A stretch of 64,000 nucleotides of DNA from an uncultured Acidobacteriota bacterium (GTDB taxonomy: Bacteria > Acidobacteriota > Polarisedimenticolia > J045), in contig CAWDCL010000005.1 in assembly GCA_963800865.1 (NCBI GenBank), positions 516,477 to 580,476 on the forward strand, in the 5' to 3' direction. Of this stretch, positions 27,957-38,444 are shown piece after piece (position 1 is the stretch's first letter; every line of letters starts with the position of its first letter). The notes beneath the pieces are model-generated. The model was not told the DNA's origin, searched no databases, and worked only from the letters and a program-made list of their open reading frames with translations. The translations under genes were made by a program, and so were the position numbers.

Positions 27957-30031
27957 ATGCGAACGACCGGCAAGGCCCGTCCGCTGTTCGATCCGCCGCT
28001 GCTGCGGCGGGCCCTCCGGGACGCCGTCGTGCGGCTCAACCCTACCTACCAGCTCAGGAACCCGGTGATGTTCGTGACCGAGGTCGTCGCCGTGCTGACG
28101 CTGCTCCTGTTCGCGCTCGCCGTCGCGGGGCGCGGCGAAGCGCCCGCCGGCTTCATCCTCGCCGTGTCGCTCGGGCTCTGGCTCACGGTCTACTTCGCGA
28201 ACATCGCGGAGGCGATGGCGGAAGGGCGGGGCAAGGCGCAGGCCGAGTCGCTGCGCGCGAGCCGGCAGGAGGTCGTCGCGAAGCTGCTCCCGGCCGGCGA
28301 CCGGCGGGCGGCTCCGCAGCCCGTCCCGGGAACCTCACTGCGCGCGGGGCAACTCGTGCTGGTCGAGGCCGGGGACACGATTCCGGGCGACGGCGAGATC
28401 GTCGAGGGGATCGCGAGCGTCAACGAGAGCGCGATCACCGGGGAGAGCGCGCCGGTCATCCGCGAGAGCGGGGGCGACCGCAGCTCGGTGACCGGCGGGA
28501 CGAGGGTCCTCTCGGACTGGATCGTCGTCCGGATCACGGCCAATCCGGGCGAGTCGTTCCTCGACCGGATGATCGCGCTGGTCGAGGGGGCGCGGCGCCA
28601 GAAGACGCCGAACGAGATCGCGCTGCACATCCTGCTCGTCGCGCTCACGCTCGTCTTCCTGGTCGTCGTGACGACGCTCCAGCCGTTCTCGGCCTATGCC
28701 GCCGCCGTCGCCGGGCAGGGCGCCCCGGTGACCCTGACCGCGCTGGCGGCGCTGCTGGTCTGCCTGATCCCGACGACGATCGGCGGCCTGCTGTCCGCGA
28801 TCGGGATCGCCGGGATGGACCGCATGATCCAGGCCAACGTCATCGCCACCTCCGGCCGCGCGGTCGAGGCGGCGGGCGACGTCGACGTCCTGCTGCTCGA
28901 CAAGACCGGGACGATCACGCTCGGCAACCGGCAGGCGGCGGCCTTCATTCCCGCCGACGGTGTGAGCCCGCACGAGCTCGCCGACGCCGCGCAGCTGGCG
29001 TCGCTGTCGGACGAGACGCCGGAGGGGCGCAGCATCGTCGTCCTGGCCAAGGAGAAGCACGGCCTGCGCGAACGCGAGGTCCACGCACTCGGCGCGCAGT
29101 TCGTCCCGTTCAGCGCGCAGTCCCGGATGAGCGGCGTCGATCTCGACGGGCGCAGCGTCCGCAAGGGGGCCGCCGACGCGATCGAGGCCTGGGTCCGGGA
29201 GCAGGGCGGGATCCTGCCGCCCGGCGTGCGGGGCACGGTGGAGGTGGTCGCCCAGCGCGGCGCCACGCCGCTGGTCGTCGCCGACGGCGCGCGCGTGCTC
29301 GGGGTGATCGAGCTGAAGGACATCGTCAAGGGCGGGATCAGGGAGCGGTTCGCCGAGCTGCGCCGGATGGGGATCCGCACCGTGATGATCACCGGCGACA
29401 ACCCGCTGACCGCGGCCGCGATCGCCGCCGAGGCGGGCGTCGACGACTTCCTGGCCCAGGCGACGCCGGAAACCAAGCTGCGCCTGATCCGCGACCAGCA
29501 GGCCGGCGGGCGGCTGGTGGCGATGACCGGCGACGGCACCAACGACGCCCCGGCGCTGGCGCAGGCCGACGTCGCGGTGGCGATGAACAGCGGCACGCAG
29601 GCGGCCAAGGAGGCCGGGAACCTGGTCGACCTCGACTCCAACCCGACGAAGCTGATCGAGATCGTCGAGATCGGCAAGCAGATCCTGATCACGCGCGGCT
29701 CGCTGACGACCTTCAGCATCGCCAACGACGTGGCCAAGTACTTCGCGATCATCCCCGCGGTCTTCGCCGGCACCTGGCCGGCGCTCGGCGCGCTCGAACG
29801 TCATGCGCCTCGCCACCCCCGGGAGCGCGATCCTCTCCGCCGTGATCTTCAACGCGCTGATCATCATCGCGCTGGTCCCGCTGGCGCTGCGCGGCGTGCA
29901 GCTTCCGCCCGATGGCGGCCAGCGCCCTGCTGCGCCGCAACGTCCTGATCTACGGGCTGGGGGGACTGGTGGTCCCGTTCGTCGGGATCAAGGCGGTCGA
30001 CCTCCTGCTCGAAGCACTGCACCTGGTCTGA
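27957..30031 (+). CDS. kdpB: K+-transporting ATPase subunit B, P-type ATPase (two +1 frameshifts near 29796 and 29911)
   Basis: [20 protein letters not shown]...[10 protein letters not shown]...[17 protein letters not shown] in frame 0 to ..WPALGAL. Then [35 protein letters not shown] in frame 1, and [39 protein letters not shown] in frame 2, ending at 30031. This is colinear with E. coli KdpB. Confidence 0.85.
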
Positions 30032-30041
30032 GGAGCCCGCC

Positions 30042-30638
30042 GTGGTTCGCGAATTGAGAGTTGCCTGCCTGATGCTGCTGGTGCTGACCGTCGTCACCGG
30101 CGTGATCTACCCGCTCGTCGTGACCGGCCTCGGGGCGCTCGTCTTCCCTCGCGCGGCGGGCGGCAGCCTGATCGAGCGGGACGGCCGGGCCGTCGGCTCG
30201 CGCCTGATCGGCCAGCCGTTCGACGACCCGCGCACCTTCTGGGGCCGGCCCTCGGCCACGAGTCCGGTCGCCTGCAACGCGGCGTCCTCGTCCGGGTCGA
30301 ACCTCGGACCGACGAACCCCGCGAAGTTCGAGGCGGTCAAGGCGCGGGTGGACGCCCTCCGCGCTGCGGACCCCGGCCAGACGGCGCCGGTCCCCATCGA
30401 TCTCGTGACCGCCTCGGGCAGCGGCCTCGATCCCGACATCAGCCCTGCGGCGGCGGCATTCCAGGTCCCGCGGGTGGCGCGGGCCAGGGGGCTGGACGAG
30501 GCCGCGGTGCGGCGCCTGGTGGCGGCGGCGACCCGGGGGCGCGACCTGGGCCTGCTCGGCGAGCCGCGCGTCAACGTGCTGGCGCTCAACCTCGCCCTCG
30601 ACGAGCGGGGTACGGCGAAGCCGGCGGCAGAGCACTGA
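30042..30638 (+). CDS. kdpC: K+-transporting ATPase subunit C
   Basis: 198 aa: an N-terminal TM segment, then ...[21 protein letters not shown]...[10 protein letters not shown]...[17 protein letters not shown], the KdpC family signature. Intact. Confidence 0.85.
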   Translation: MVRELRVACLMLLVLTVVTGVIYPLVVTGLGALVFPRAAGGSLIERDGRAVGSRLIGQPFDDPRTFWGRPSATSPVACNAASSSGSNLGPTNPAKFEAVKARVDALRAADPGQTAPVPIDLVTASGSGLDPDISPAAAAFQVPRVARARGLDEAAVRRLVAAATRGRDLGLLGEPRVNVLALNLALDERGTAKPAAEH

Positions 30639-30697
30639 CCGCCCCCGGCGCTCCCGCGGCGCCGGCGGCGTTAGCATGGAAGGGCCGCGACCGACCA

Positions 30698-33401
30698 ATG
30701 ACGAACGACACCCAGCGCCCCGATCCCGACGCGCTCCTCGAACGGGTGCGCGAGGAGGAGGGGCGCGGCGCGCGCGGCCGGCTGAAGATCTTCCTCGGCA
30801 TGTCCGCGGGGGTCGGCAAGACCTACGCGATGCTGCAGGGGGCGCAGGAGCGTCGCGCACTCGGTCTGCCGGTGCTGCTGGGCTGGGTCGAGACGCACGG
30901 CCGGGCCGAGACGGAAGCGCTGCTCGACGGCCTCGAGCGGCTCCCGCCGCGGCCGGTCGCGTATCGCGGCGTCACCCTGTCGGAGTTCGACCTCGACGGC
31001 GCGCTGGCGCAGCGCCCCGCGCTGATCCTCGTCGACGAGCTGGCCCACACCAACGCCCCCGGGAGCCGGCACGCCAAGCGCTGGCAGGACGTCGCGGAGC
31101 TGCTGCAGGCCGGGATCGACGTCTGGACGACGCTCAACGTCCAGCACCTCGAGAGCCTGAGCGACGTCGTCACCCAGATCACCGGGGTCCCGGTCCGCGA
31201 GACGCTCCCCGACACGTTCGTGCAGCAGGCCGACGAGATCGAGCTGATCGACCTCCCGCCGGACGAGCTGCTGGAGCGGCTGCGCGAGGGCAAGGTCTAC
31301 CTGCCGGAGACCGCCGGCCGCGCGCTCGAGGAGTTCTTCCGGAAGGGGAACCTGATCGCGCTGCGCGAGCTGGCCCTGCGGACGACCGCCGAGCGGGTCG
31401 ACGCCCAGATGCAGGTCTGGCGCCGGGCGGAGGCGCACGAGACGACCTGGCCGGTGGCGGAGCGGCTGGTCGTCAGCATCAGCTCGAGCCCGTCGGCGAT
31501 GCAGATCGTGCGCGCCGGGAGCCGCATGGCGGCGCGGCTGCGGGCGCAGTGGACCGTCGTCTGGGTCGACACGCCGCGGCAGCAGGCGCTCCCGGCGGCG
31601 GATCGCGAGTACGCGGCCCAGGCGCTGCGCCTGGCCGAGAGCCTCGGCGGCGAAGCGGTCCGGCTCGACGGGCACGACCCCGTCGAGGAGCTGCTGGCCT
31701 ACGCGCGGCGGCGCAACGCGACGCGGATCGTCGTCGGCAAGCCGGGCCGTTTCTGGTGGCGCGACCGCCTGCTCGGCTCGTTCGTGGACGAGCTGGTGCG
31801 CAGCAGCGGCGAGATCGACGTGAGCGTCGTCGCCGGCGCGGCCGCCGGGGCCGAAGTCCCGTCGCCCCCGGCCGCCGCGCGCGGAACCCGGGCACCGCTC
31901 CCGTGGCAGCGCTACGGCGGCGCCGCGGCGGTCGTCGCGATCACGACGATCGTCGCCCACTTCGCGGTCCCCTACTTCGCGCTCTCCAACCTCGCCATGC
32001 TCTACCTGCTCGCCGTGGCGGCCGTGGCGGCGCGCTGGGGGCGCGGTCCGGCTACCCTCGCGTCGCTGCTCGGCGTGGGCGCCTTCGACTTCTTCCACGT
32101 GCCGCCCTTCCTCACGTTCGCGGTCTCGGACCCGGAGTTCGTCGTCACCTTCGTGGTGATGCTGGCGATCGGGCTGGGGATCGGGACGCTGACCGCACGG
32201 ATCCGCGACCAGGCCCTGGCCGCGCGCCGCCGCGAGCAGGAAACGGCCGCGCTCTACGCGTTGAGCCGCGAGCTGGCGGTCACGCGCTCCGCCGCCGGCC
32301 TCGCCGCCGCGGCCGCCCGGCAGGTCGGCGACCTGTTCCAGCTGCCGGTGGCGGTCTTCCTGCCGGGGGAGGACGGACGGCTGGTCCCGGTCGAGGGGCG
32401 CGATCAGCCCTTCGCCCGCACCGCGGACGAGCACGCGGTCGCGTCCTGGACGTTCCAGCACAACCAGCGCGCCGGCTGGGGCACGGACACGCTGCCGGGC
32501 GCCGCCGCGATGCACTTTCCACTGGCTTCGTCGGGGGGGATCAGGGGCGTCCTGGCGCTCGCCGCTCCCCGCGATCGGCGGCTCCTGCCCCCGGACCGCG
32601 TGCACCTGCTCGAGGCGTTCGGCAGCCAGCTCGCGCTGGCGCTGGAGCGCGAGCAGCTCGAGGCCGAAGCCGAGCGCTCACGGCTGCGCGCCGAGGCCGA
32701 GCGGCTGCAGAGCGCGCTGCTCAGCTCCGTCTCGCACGACCTGCGCACCCCGCTGGCCTCGATCACGGGCGCGGCCAGCACGTTGCTCGAGCCGGACCCG
32801 GCGCTCGAGCCGGCAGCGCGCCGCGAATTGACCGAGATGATCTACGACGAGGCCGAGCGTCTCGCGCGGCTGGTCGGCAACCTGCTCGACATGACGCGCC
32901 TGACGACCGACACGCTGGCGCCGCGGCGCGAGTGGCAGTCGCTCGAGGAGATCGTCGGTGCGGCGATGCACCGTCTCGGCCGCCGGCTGGTCGGGCGCGA
33001 GCTGCTGCTCGACCTGCCGGCCGACCTGCCGCTGATCGCGGTCGACGGCGTCCTGCTCGAGCAGGTGCTGATCAACCTGGTCGAGAACGCGGTGCGCTAC
33101 ACGCCCCCCGGGACGCCGATCGCGATCGCCGCCCGCGCCGACGAGGCGTCGCTCTCGCTGAGCGTGGCCGACCGCGGCCCGGGGCTGGAGCCCGGCGAGG
33201 AGCGGGAGATCTTCGAGAAGTTCCGGCGCGGGTCGGCGGGGCGCGAAACGCGCGGGGCCGGGCTGGGGCTGGCGATCTGCCGCGGGATCGTCGAGGCCCA
33301 CGGCGGGACCGATCACGGCCGAGAATCGTCCCGGCGGCGGGGCCCTGTTCCGGATCCGGCTGCCCCTCGAGGCCCCGCCCGCGGGTACCATGACTCCATG
33401 A
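30698..33401 (+). CDS. kdpD: sensor histidine kinase KdpD (a +1 frameshift near 33311 truncates the annotated ORF)
   Basis: KdpD N-terminal domain (GMSAGVGKTYAML), a USP-like domain, 4 TM segments, HisKA (SVSHDLRTPLASI) and HATPase (GAGLGLAICRGIVEAHGG). After ..GGT the true frame (ITAENRPGGGALFRIRLPLEAPPAGTMTP*) is displaced by one extra base in ACC-G-ATC. The stop overlaps the kdpE ATG. Confidence 0.85.
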
Positions 33402-34097
33402 GCGAGCTCCCGCCCGTCGTCCTCCTGATCGAGGACGACCCGCAGATCCGGCGCTTCCTGCGCGCGTCGCTCGGCGCGCACGGGTACGAACTCGTCGAGG
33501 CCGGGACCGCGCGCGAGGGGCTGGCGCAGGCGGCGGCGCGATCGGTCGACGTCGTGCTGCTCGATCTCGGCCTGCCCGACGCCGACGGGCTCGAGGTGAC
33601 GCGGCGGCTGCGCGAGTGGTCGCTGGTCCCGATCCTCGTGATCTCGGCGCGCGGGCAGGAGGCCGACAAGGTCGCCGCGCTCGACGCCGGCGCGGACGAC
33701 TACCTCACCAAGCCGTTCTCGCTCGCCGGAGCTGCTGGCGCGCCTGCGCGTCGCGCGGCGCCGCGCCGCCCAGGCCGCGCCGGGGCAGGAGGAGCCGGTC
33801 TACGTCATCGGCGAGCTGCGCGTCGACGTGGCCCGCCACCAGGTCGTCGCGGGCGGGCGCGAGATCCACCTGACGCCGACGGAGTTCAAGCTGCTGGCGC
33901 TGCTGGCGCGCAACGCCGGCCGCGTGCTCACCCACCGGCAGCTGCTGAAGGAGGTCTGGGGCCAGGCCTACCTGGACAACACGCACCACCTGCGGGTCCA
34001 GATGCACGGGCTGCGGCACAAGCTGGAGCCGGAGCCGGCGCGGCCGCGCTACCTGCTCACCGAGCCGGGGGTGGGGTACCGGCTGCAGGCGGAGTGA
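33398..34097 (+). CDS. kdpE: OmpR-family response regulator KdpE (a +1 frameshift near 33727)
   Basis: Receiver domain (VLLIEDDPQIRRFL...DVVLLDLGLPDADG...DDYLTKPFSLA) in the kdpD frame. The winged-helix domain (ELLARLRVA...IHLTPTEFKLLALLARNAGRVLTHRQLLKEVWG...GYRLQAE*) is in the +1 frame. One extra G in GCC-G-GAG. Confidence 0.8.
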
Positions 34098-34130
34098 GCG
34101 GCGCCGGTCGCGCGACGCTTCCGCGCGCGG

Positions 34131-35055
34131 CTACCGCTGCGGCGGCGCCTCCGGCGCGAGCCCCGGCAGGCCGCCCTCCCCTCCCTCCGACGTTGCCTCG
34201 CGCAGCTTCTGGATCACCTCGTCGTAGTACGGGCGGTCCTTGAGGCTGGCGTACTCGCCCGGGAAGCAGGCGATCGCGAGATCCGCCCCGGCCGGGGAGA
34301 AGTTCGACAGCGTCACGGCGCAGCGCAGGCCGTTGGCCAGGCGCGTGTTGTCGATCATCGGGAAGTCGAAGTAGCTGACGTCGAAGGTCGCGCGGGTGTC
34401 GGCGAGGTCGGGCCGGTCCGGCGGCGCGGGGACTTCGAGGCGAACGCGCAGCTGCTGCTGCTCGAGGTCGGCCGACAGGACCCGCAGGTTCACGAGGCAG
34501 GTCATGTCGCGGAGGACGACCCGCTCCCCCTCGAGCTCGATGCCGCCCGCGGGCCGCCCTCAGCTCGTCGAGGTCGACCGAGCGGCGGAAGCTCCGGCCG
34601 TGCCCCTCGAGGGCGAACAGCTGCTTGGCCGTGATCTCCCGGGCGACGCTCTGGATCCGCTGCTGCAGCTCGACGCGGTCCTCGTCCTTCGACTTCCGGA
34701 TCTTGCGCTGGAGGTCGAAGAAGAGCGGGCGCAGGTCGAGCGAGTCGTGGAAGTTGTAGGCCAGCAGCTCGAGGTTCAGCACCTTGGCGTCGAGGTCGCC
34801 GCCGGTCGGGCGCAGGTACTGCGCGATGATCGAGACCAGCATGTCCTTGCGCAGGCTCGACTCGGCCTCCTCGCGCCGGCTCATCAGCTCGGAGTAGAGG
34901 CGCGCGTTGGTGTCCAGCGACTGGCGCCGTTCGAGGATCTGCGAGCCCTTCACGCCGACGAAGGCGACGGCGGTCGCGGTCAGCAGCCCGCCGACCGGGT
35001 GCAGCAGGACCGCGATCTTGTCCCAGAAGTCCTTCTTCCCGGCTGGCTCCGTCAT
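34131..35055 (-). CDS. hypothetical membrane-anchored protein (frameshift near 34550)
   Basis: N-terminal part MTEPAGKKDFWDKIAVLLHPVGGLLTATAVAFVGV... reaches ..SVDLDEL. The C-terminal part (GRPAGGIELEGERVVLRDMTCLVNLRVLSADLEQQQLRVRLEV...YYDEVIQKLREA) is in the adjacent frame. No recognised domain. Confidence 0.45.
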
Positions 35056-35086
35056 GCGGTCACCCTCCCGGAGCGATTACTTGCGG

Positions 35087-35409
35087 CGGGCGGTGAGCTT
35101 GCCGTCCTTCACCTCGAGCACGAGGTCGACCTGGGACGCGTCGTCGTACGAGACGATCGCGACGTCGGCCGACTGGCCCTTGAAGGTCACGGTCAGCGTG
35201 CACTTGCCCGTCTCTTCCAGGACGATGTGGTAGCGTGCCGGTCTTGTCGGTGGCGACGGCAGGGTAGGACTTCGACGCGCACTTCGCCGCGACCGTCGTG
35301 CCTTCCCCGACGGGGCTTCCGTCGGCGACGATCTTGCCGTAGACCTCGCCGGCGGCGGCCAGCGTGGTGGCGACGAGCGCGACCGTCAGCAGGGCGATGA
35401 GCTTCTTCA
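35087..35409 (-). CDS. small secreted protein (frameshift near 35238)
   Basis: MKKLIALLTVALVATTLAAAGEVYGKIVADGSPVGEGTTVAAKCASKSYPAVATDKTG, then ARYHIVLEETGKCTLTVTFKGQSADVAIVSYDDASQVDLVLEVKDGKLTARRK* in the adjacent frame. It resembles a carboxypeptidase-regulatory-like small beta-sandwich. Confidence 0.4.
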
Positions 35410-35546
35410 TGGCGCTTCCTTTCACCTCACACGGGCGGTGCGAGGCTATCGCAGATCGAACCGGACGGCCACGCGCCGGGGCGCCGTCTCGCCCGGAGGA
35501 GTAAGGGGGTTGCCTCCGGCCCCGCAGGGGAGGAGCATCCGGTCTG

Positions 35547-36446
35547 ATGCCCGCAAAGGCGGCGGCCCGGCTGATGATCCTGCTCGTGGCGATGACCGGC
35601 TGCGCCGGTCCGGAGGCGCTCTTCCCGGCGGACGTCGACGGCTGGAAGCCGGCGGCGCCGGAAGAGTCGTACGCGGCCGAGACGCTCCACCAGTACATCG
35701 ACGGCGCAGCGGAGGTCTACCTCGCACTCGGAGTGACGGGGGCTCGGGCGATGAAGTACGCGCGCCCGGATCGTCCCGAGATCATCGCCGACGTCTTCGA
35801 GATGGGGACGAGTGCCGGGGCCTACGGCGCGTTCCACCACGACGTGCGCAACGGGGCGAGCGTCGGGATCGGCGCCGAGTCGGACCAGGACGGCGGTGCG
35901 CTGGCGTTCTGGAAGGGGCGGGCCTTCGTCTCGGTGATCGCGGTCGGCGACGGGCCGGGCGTGCCGGAGGCGGTGGCCGCGCTCGGCCGGCGGATCGCCG
36001 CCGCGCTGCCCGCCGGCGGCGGGCCCCCGGCGATCGCGGCGCGGCTGCCGGAGGCGGGACTCGACCGCTCGCGCGTCCACTACGTCACCAGCCACGCGCT
36101 CCTGAACCGGCACTTCTTCGTCGCCGACGGCGACCTGTTCGGCTTCGGTCCGGGGGTCGAGGGGATCGTGCGGGCGGCGTACCGCGCGGGCGGCGCAGCC
36201 CAGCCGTACCGGCTGCTGCTGGTCTCCTACCCGGGCCCCGCGGGCGGGGAGGCGGCGGGCGCCGCGCTGGCGCGCTTCCGCGCCGGCTTCCTGGCGGAGG
36301 CCTCGCCGGACGGGACCTTGCGATTGGAGAACGGCCGCTGGACGGCGGCGCGGACGATCGGTCCGCTGCTCGCCGTCGTGCTCGATGCGCCGACGCGCGA
36401 GACGGCGCTCGACGCGCTGGATGCAGTGCAGGCACGCGCCCGCTGA
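35547..36446 (+). CDS. hypothetical lipoprotein
   Basis: MPAKAAARLMILLVAMTGC: lipobox. 299 aa with no recognised domain. Intact. Confidence 0.55.
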   Translation: MPAKAAARLMILLVAMTGCAGPEALFPADVDGWKPAAPEESYAAETLHQYIDGAAEVYLALGVTGARAMKYARPDRPEIIADVFEMGTSAGAYGAFHHDVRNGASVGIGAESDQDGGALAFWKGRAFVSVIAVGDGPGVPEAVAALGRRIAAALPAGGGPPAIAARLPEAGLDRSRVHYVTSHALLNRHFFVADGDLFGFGPGVEGIVRAAYRAGGAAQPYRLLLVSYPGPAGGEAAGAALARFRAGFLAEASPDGTLRLENGRWTAARTIGPLLAVVLDAPTRETALDALDAVQARAR

Positions 36447-36466
36447 AGGGGCGCACGGGAGGCTTC

Positions 36467-37405
36467 ATGGCCGACGGCGACCGGTTCCTGACGCGACGCG
36501 ATTTCCTGCGCGGCACCGCGGGCGCCGCGATGGCGGGGGCGAGCGGTGCGCTCGCCGCGACGAGCCCGGCGGCAGCGGCCTCGGGGGCGGCGCCCCCCTC
36601 CCCGGCTGCCGCGAGCGCCGCCACGTCGTCCACCGTGGTGCTCGTGCGCGACGCCGCGGTGCTCGACGCGAGCGGCCGCGTGGCGCCGGATGTGCTGGCC
36701 TCGATGCTCGATCGCGCGGTCTGCGAGCTGGCCGGCGACGCCGCGCCCGTCGCCGCCTGGAAGACGTTCGTCAAGGCGACCGACACGGTCGGCATCAAGA
36801 CCAACGCCTGGCGCTTTCTCGGGACGCCGCCGCCGCTCGAGCAGGCGATCCGGCGGCGCGTGATCGAGTGCGGGGTCCCCGAGGCGAAGGTCGCGGTGGA
36901 CGACCGCGGCGTGCTCGACAACCCGGTCTTCAAAGCGGCCACCGCGCTGATCAACGTGCGCCCGATGCGCACGCACCACTGGTCGGGCGTCGGCAGCCTG
37001 CTCAAGAACTACATCATGTTCTCGCCCAGCCCTCCCGACTGGCACGGCGACTCGTGCGCCGACCTCGGCGGGCTCTGGAAGCTGCCGATCTGCGCCGGCA
37101 AGACGCGCCTGAACGTCCTCGTGATGCTGACGCCGCTGTTCCAGAGCGAAGGGCCGCACGACTTCAACGCCAAGTACACCTGGCCCTACAAGGGGCTGAT
37201 CGTCTCGACCGACCCGGTCGCGGCCGACGCCACCGGGCTGCGCATCCTCGAGGCCAAGCGCCGCGCCTTCTTCGGGACCGACCAGCCGTTCGAGGTCCCG
37301 CCCAAGCACATCCGCGTCGCTGCCGAGAAGTTCGGGCTGGGCGTCGCGGACCCGTCGCGGATCCAGCTGAGGAAGCTGGGGTGGACGGAGGAGGCGCTGG
37401 TCTAG
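36467..37405 (+). CDS. TAT-secreted hypothetical protein (possibly a DUF362-like Fe-S associated domain)
   Basis: SD GGGAGG 6 nt upstream. MADGDRFLTRRDFLRGTAGAAMAGAS is a twin-arginine signal. The domain assignment is tentative and made from memory. Confidence 0.5.
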   Translation: MADGDRFLTRRDFLRGTAGAAMAGASGALAATSPAAAASGAAPPSPAAASAATSSTVVLVRDAAVLDASGRVAPDVLASMLDRAVCELAGDAAPVAAWKTFVKATDTVGIKTNAWRFLGTPPPLEQAIRRRVIECGVPEAKVAVDDRGVLDNPVFKAATALINVRPMRTHHWSGVGSLLKNYIMFSPSPPDWHGDSCADLGGLWKLPICAGKTRLNVLVMLTPLFQSEGPHDFNAKYTWPYKGLIVSTDPVAADATGLRILEAKRRAFFGTDQPFEVPPKHIRVAAEKFGLGVADPSRIQLRKLGWTEEALV

Positions 37406-37431
37406 CTCGAACCGGGGCGGCCGGTTGCCGC

Positions 37432-38026
37432 TCAGGCCAGCCGCAGCCCCGCGTGCCGGGCGATCGCCTCGAAATCGCGGTCGAGCGTGAGCAGCGCCGC
37501 CCCGAGTTTCGATTGGCAGTCGCTGCGACGATGCACTCGCCCGTGCCGCGGACGGTCGAGCCTCGGCCCGGGCATCCGGTAGCCCGCGTGCCGCGCGGAC
37601 GTGCAGTCGCAAGACCACGCTCTGCCGGGCCGCGTTCCCCGACATGCCCTACGTCCGCTGAAGGCCGGACTCGGTGCGCGGAACTCCCGGGCATTCCTCC
37701 CCGATACCGCGACGGAGCGATCCTCGACGAGGTCCAGCGTCCCGGAGCTGCTGTCCCCTCCAGCCGGTAGAGAGCGGCCGGCGCGGGGTCGCTCGTCCTC
37801 TCGGGATCTGCGAACCGGGCTCGAGCCGCGGCAGCCGGCGCACGACCCGCAGCGCCCGCTGAAAGTCGAGATCGGACCGGAACCCCTGCAGCAGCTCAGC
37901 CGCAATGACCGGGAGGATCGCCAGGACGGTCCGGCCGAGCTGCAGCTCCAGCGTGAGCCGGTCGGCGGCAGACCCCTCCCCGGCGGTGAAGTACTCCACC
38001 CAGGCCGAGGTGTCGACGACGATCAC
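37432..38026 (-). pseudogene. vapC: PIN-domain toxin vapC, disrupted by at least two frameshifts
   Basis: N-terminus MIVVDTSAWVEYFTAGEGSAADRLT...PVIAAELLQGFRSD...RRLPRLEP, then out of frame. PIN C-terminal pieces (ECIVAATANRN then GAALLTLDRDFEAIARHAGLRLA*) are in two other frames. The gene is about 300 nt longer than expected. Confidence 0.5.
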
Positions 38027-38226
38027 GAGCGCGACCGCCGCCAGCCGTCGACGTCCCCGGACCAGCGCAGCTCGCCACGCAGCAGCGCCGCCGCGCGGAA
38101 GAGGTCCGCCTGCTCGACCAGCCGGCGCAGCGCGAGGTGCACGACTTCGCGCTTGGACCGCGCGCCGGTGATCTTCATCGCCCGGGCGACGAGCGCGTCG
38201 TCGAGCACGATGTTGGTGCGTCCCAT
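38023..38226 (-). CDS. vapB: VapB-family antitoxin
   Basis: MGRTNIVLDDALVARAMKITGARSKREVVHLALRRLVEQ: the antitoxin N-terminal fold typical of VapB partners. The stop overlaps the vapC start. Confidence 0.55.
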   Translation of the reverse strand: MGRTNIVLDDALVARAMKITGARSKREVVHLALRRLVEQADLFRAAALLRGELRWSGDVDGWRRSRS

Positions 38227-38444
38227 GGTCCGGCCCTCATCGTTGATACACATTATCTACTACTTTTGTGTATGCCGGCAACAGTCTGGCGGGGGCGACG
38301 CGACTGTAACGGAGAACGACCGCGGCGACCGACGCTCGACAGCGGCGGGCGTCCCGGCCGCGGGAGCGCGGCGCTCGATGGAATGGTCCGCCGGTTCGGC
38401 AGCGGGCGCCGACCCGATCCCGTATCCTAGGCGCGGGGGTCCCC

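Noticed and set aside
26202-29948. 1248-aa ORF in the six-frame track
   Set aside because: It is an artefact. It is the kdpA N-terminus read through out-of-frame kdpA sequence into the in-frame kdpB gene (same frame, no intervening stop). The real genes are kdpA (26202-27954, frameshifted) and kdpB (27957-30031).
34098-34130. Possible bidirectional terminator between convergent kdpE and the hypothetical gene
   Set aside because: The sequence is only a CGCGCG-rich imperfect dyad with no clean stem, so I did not call it.
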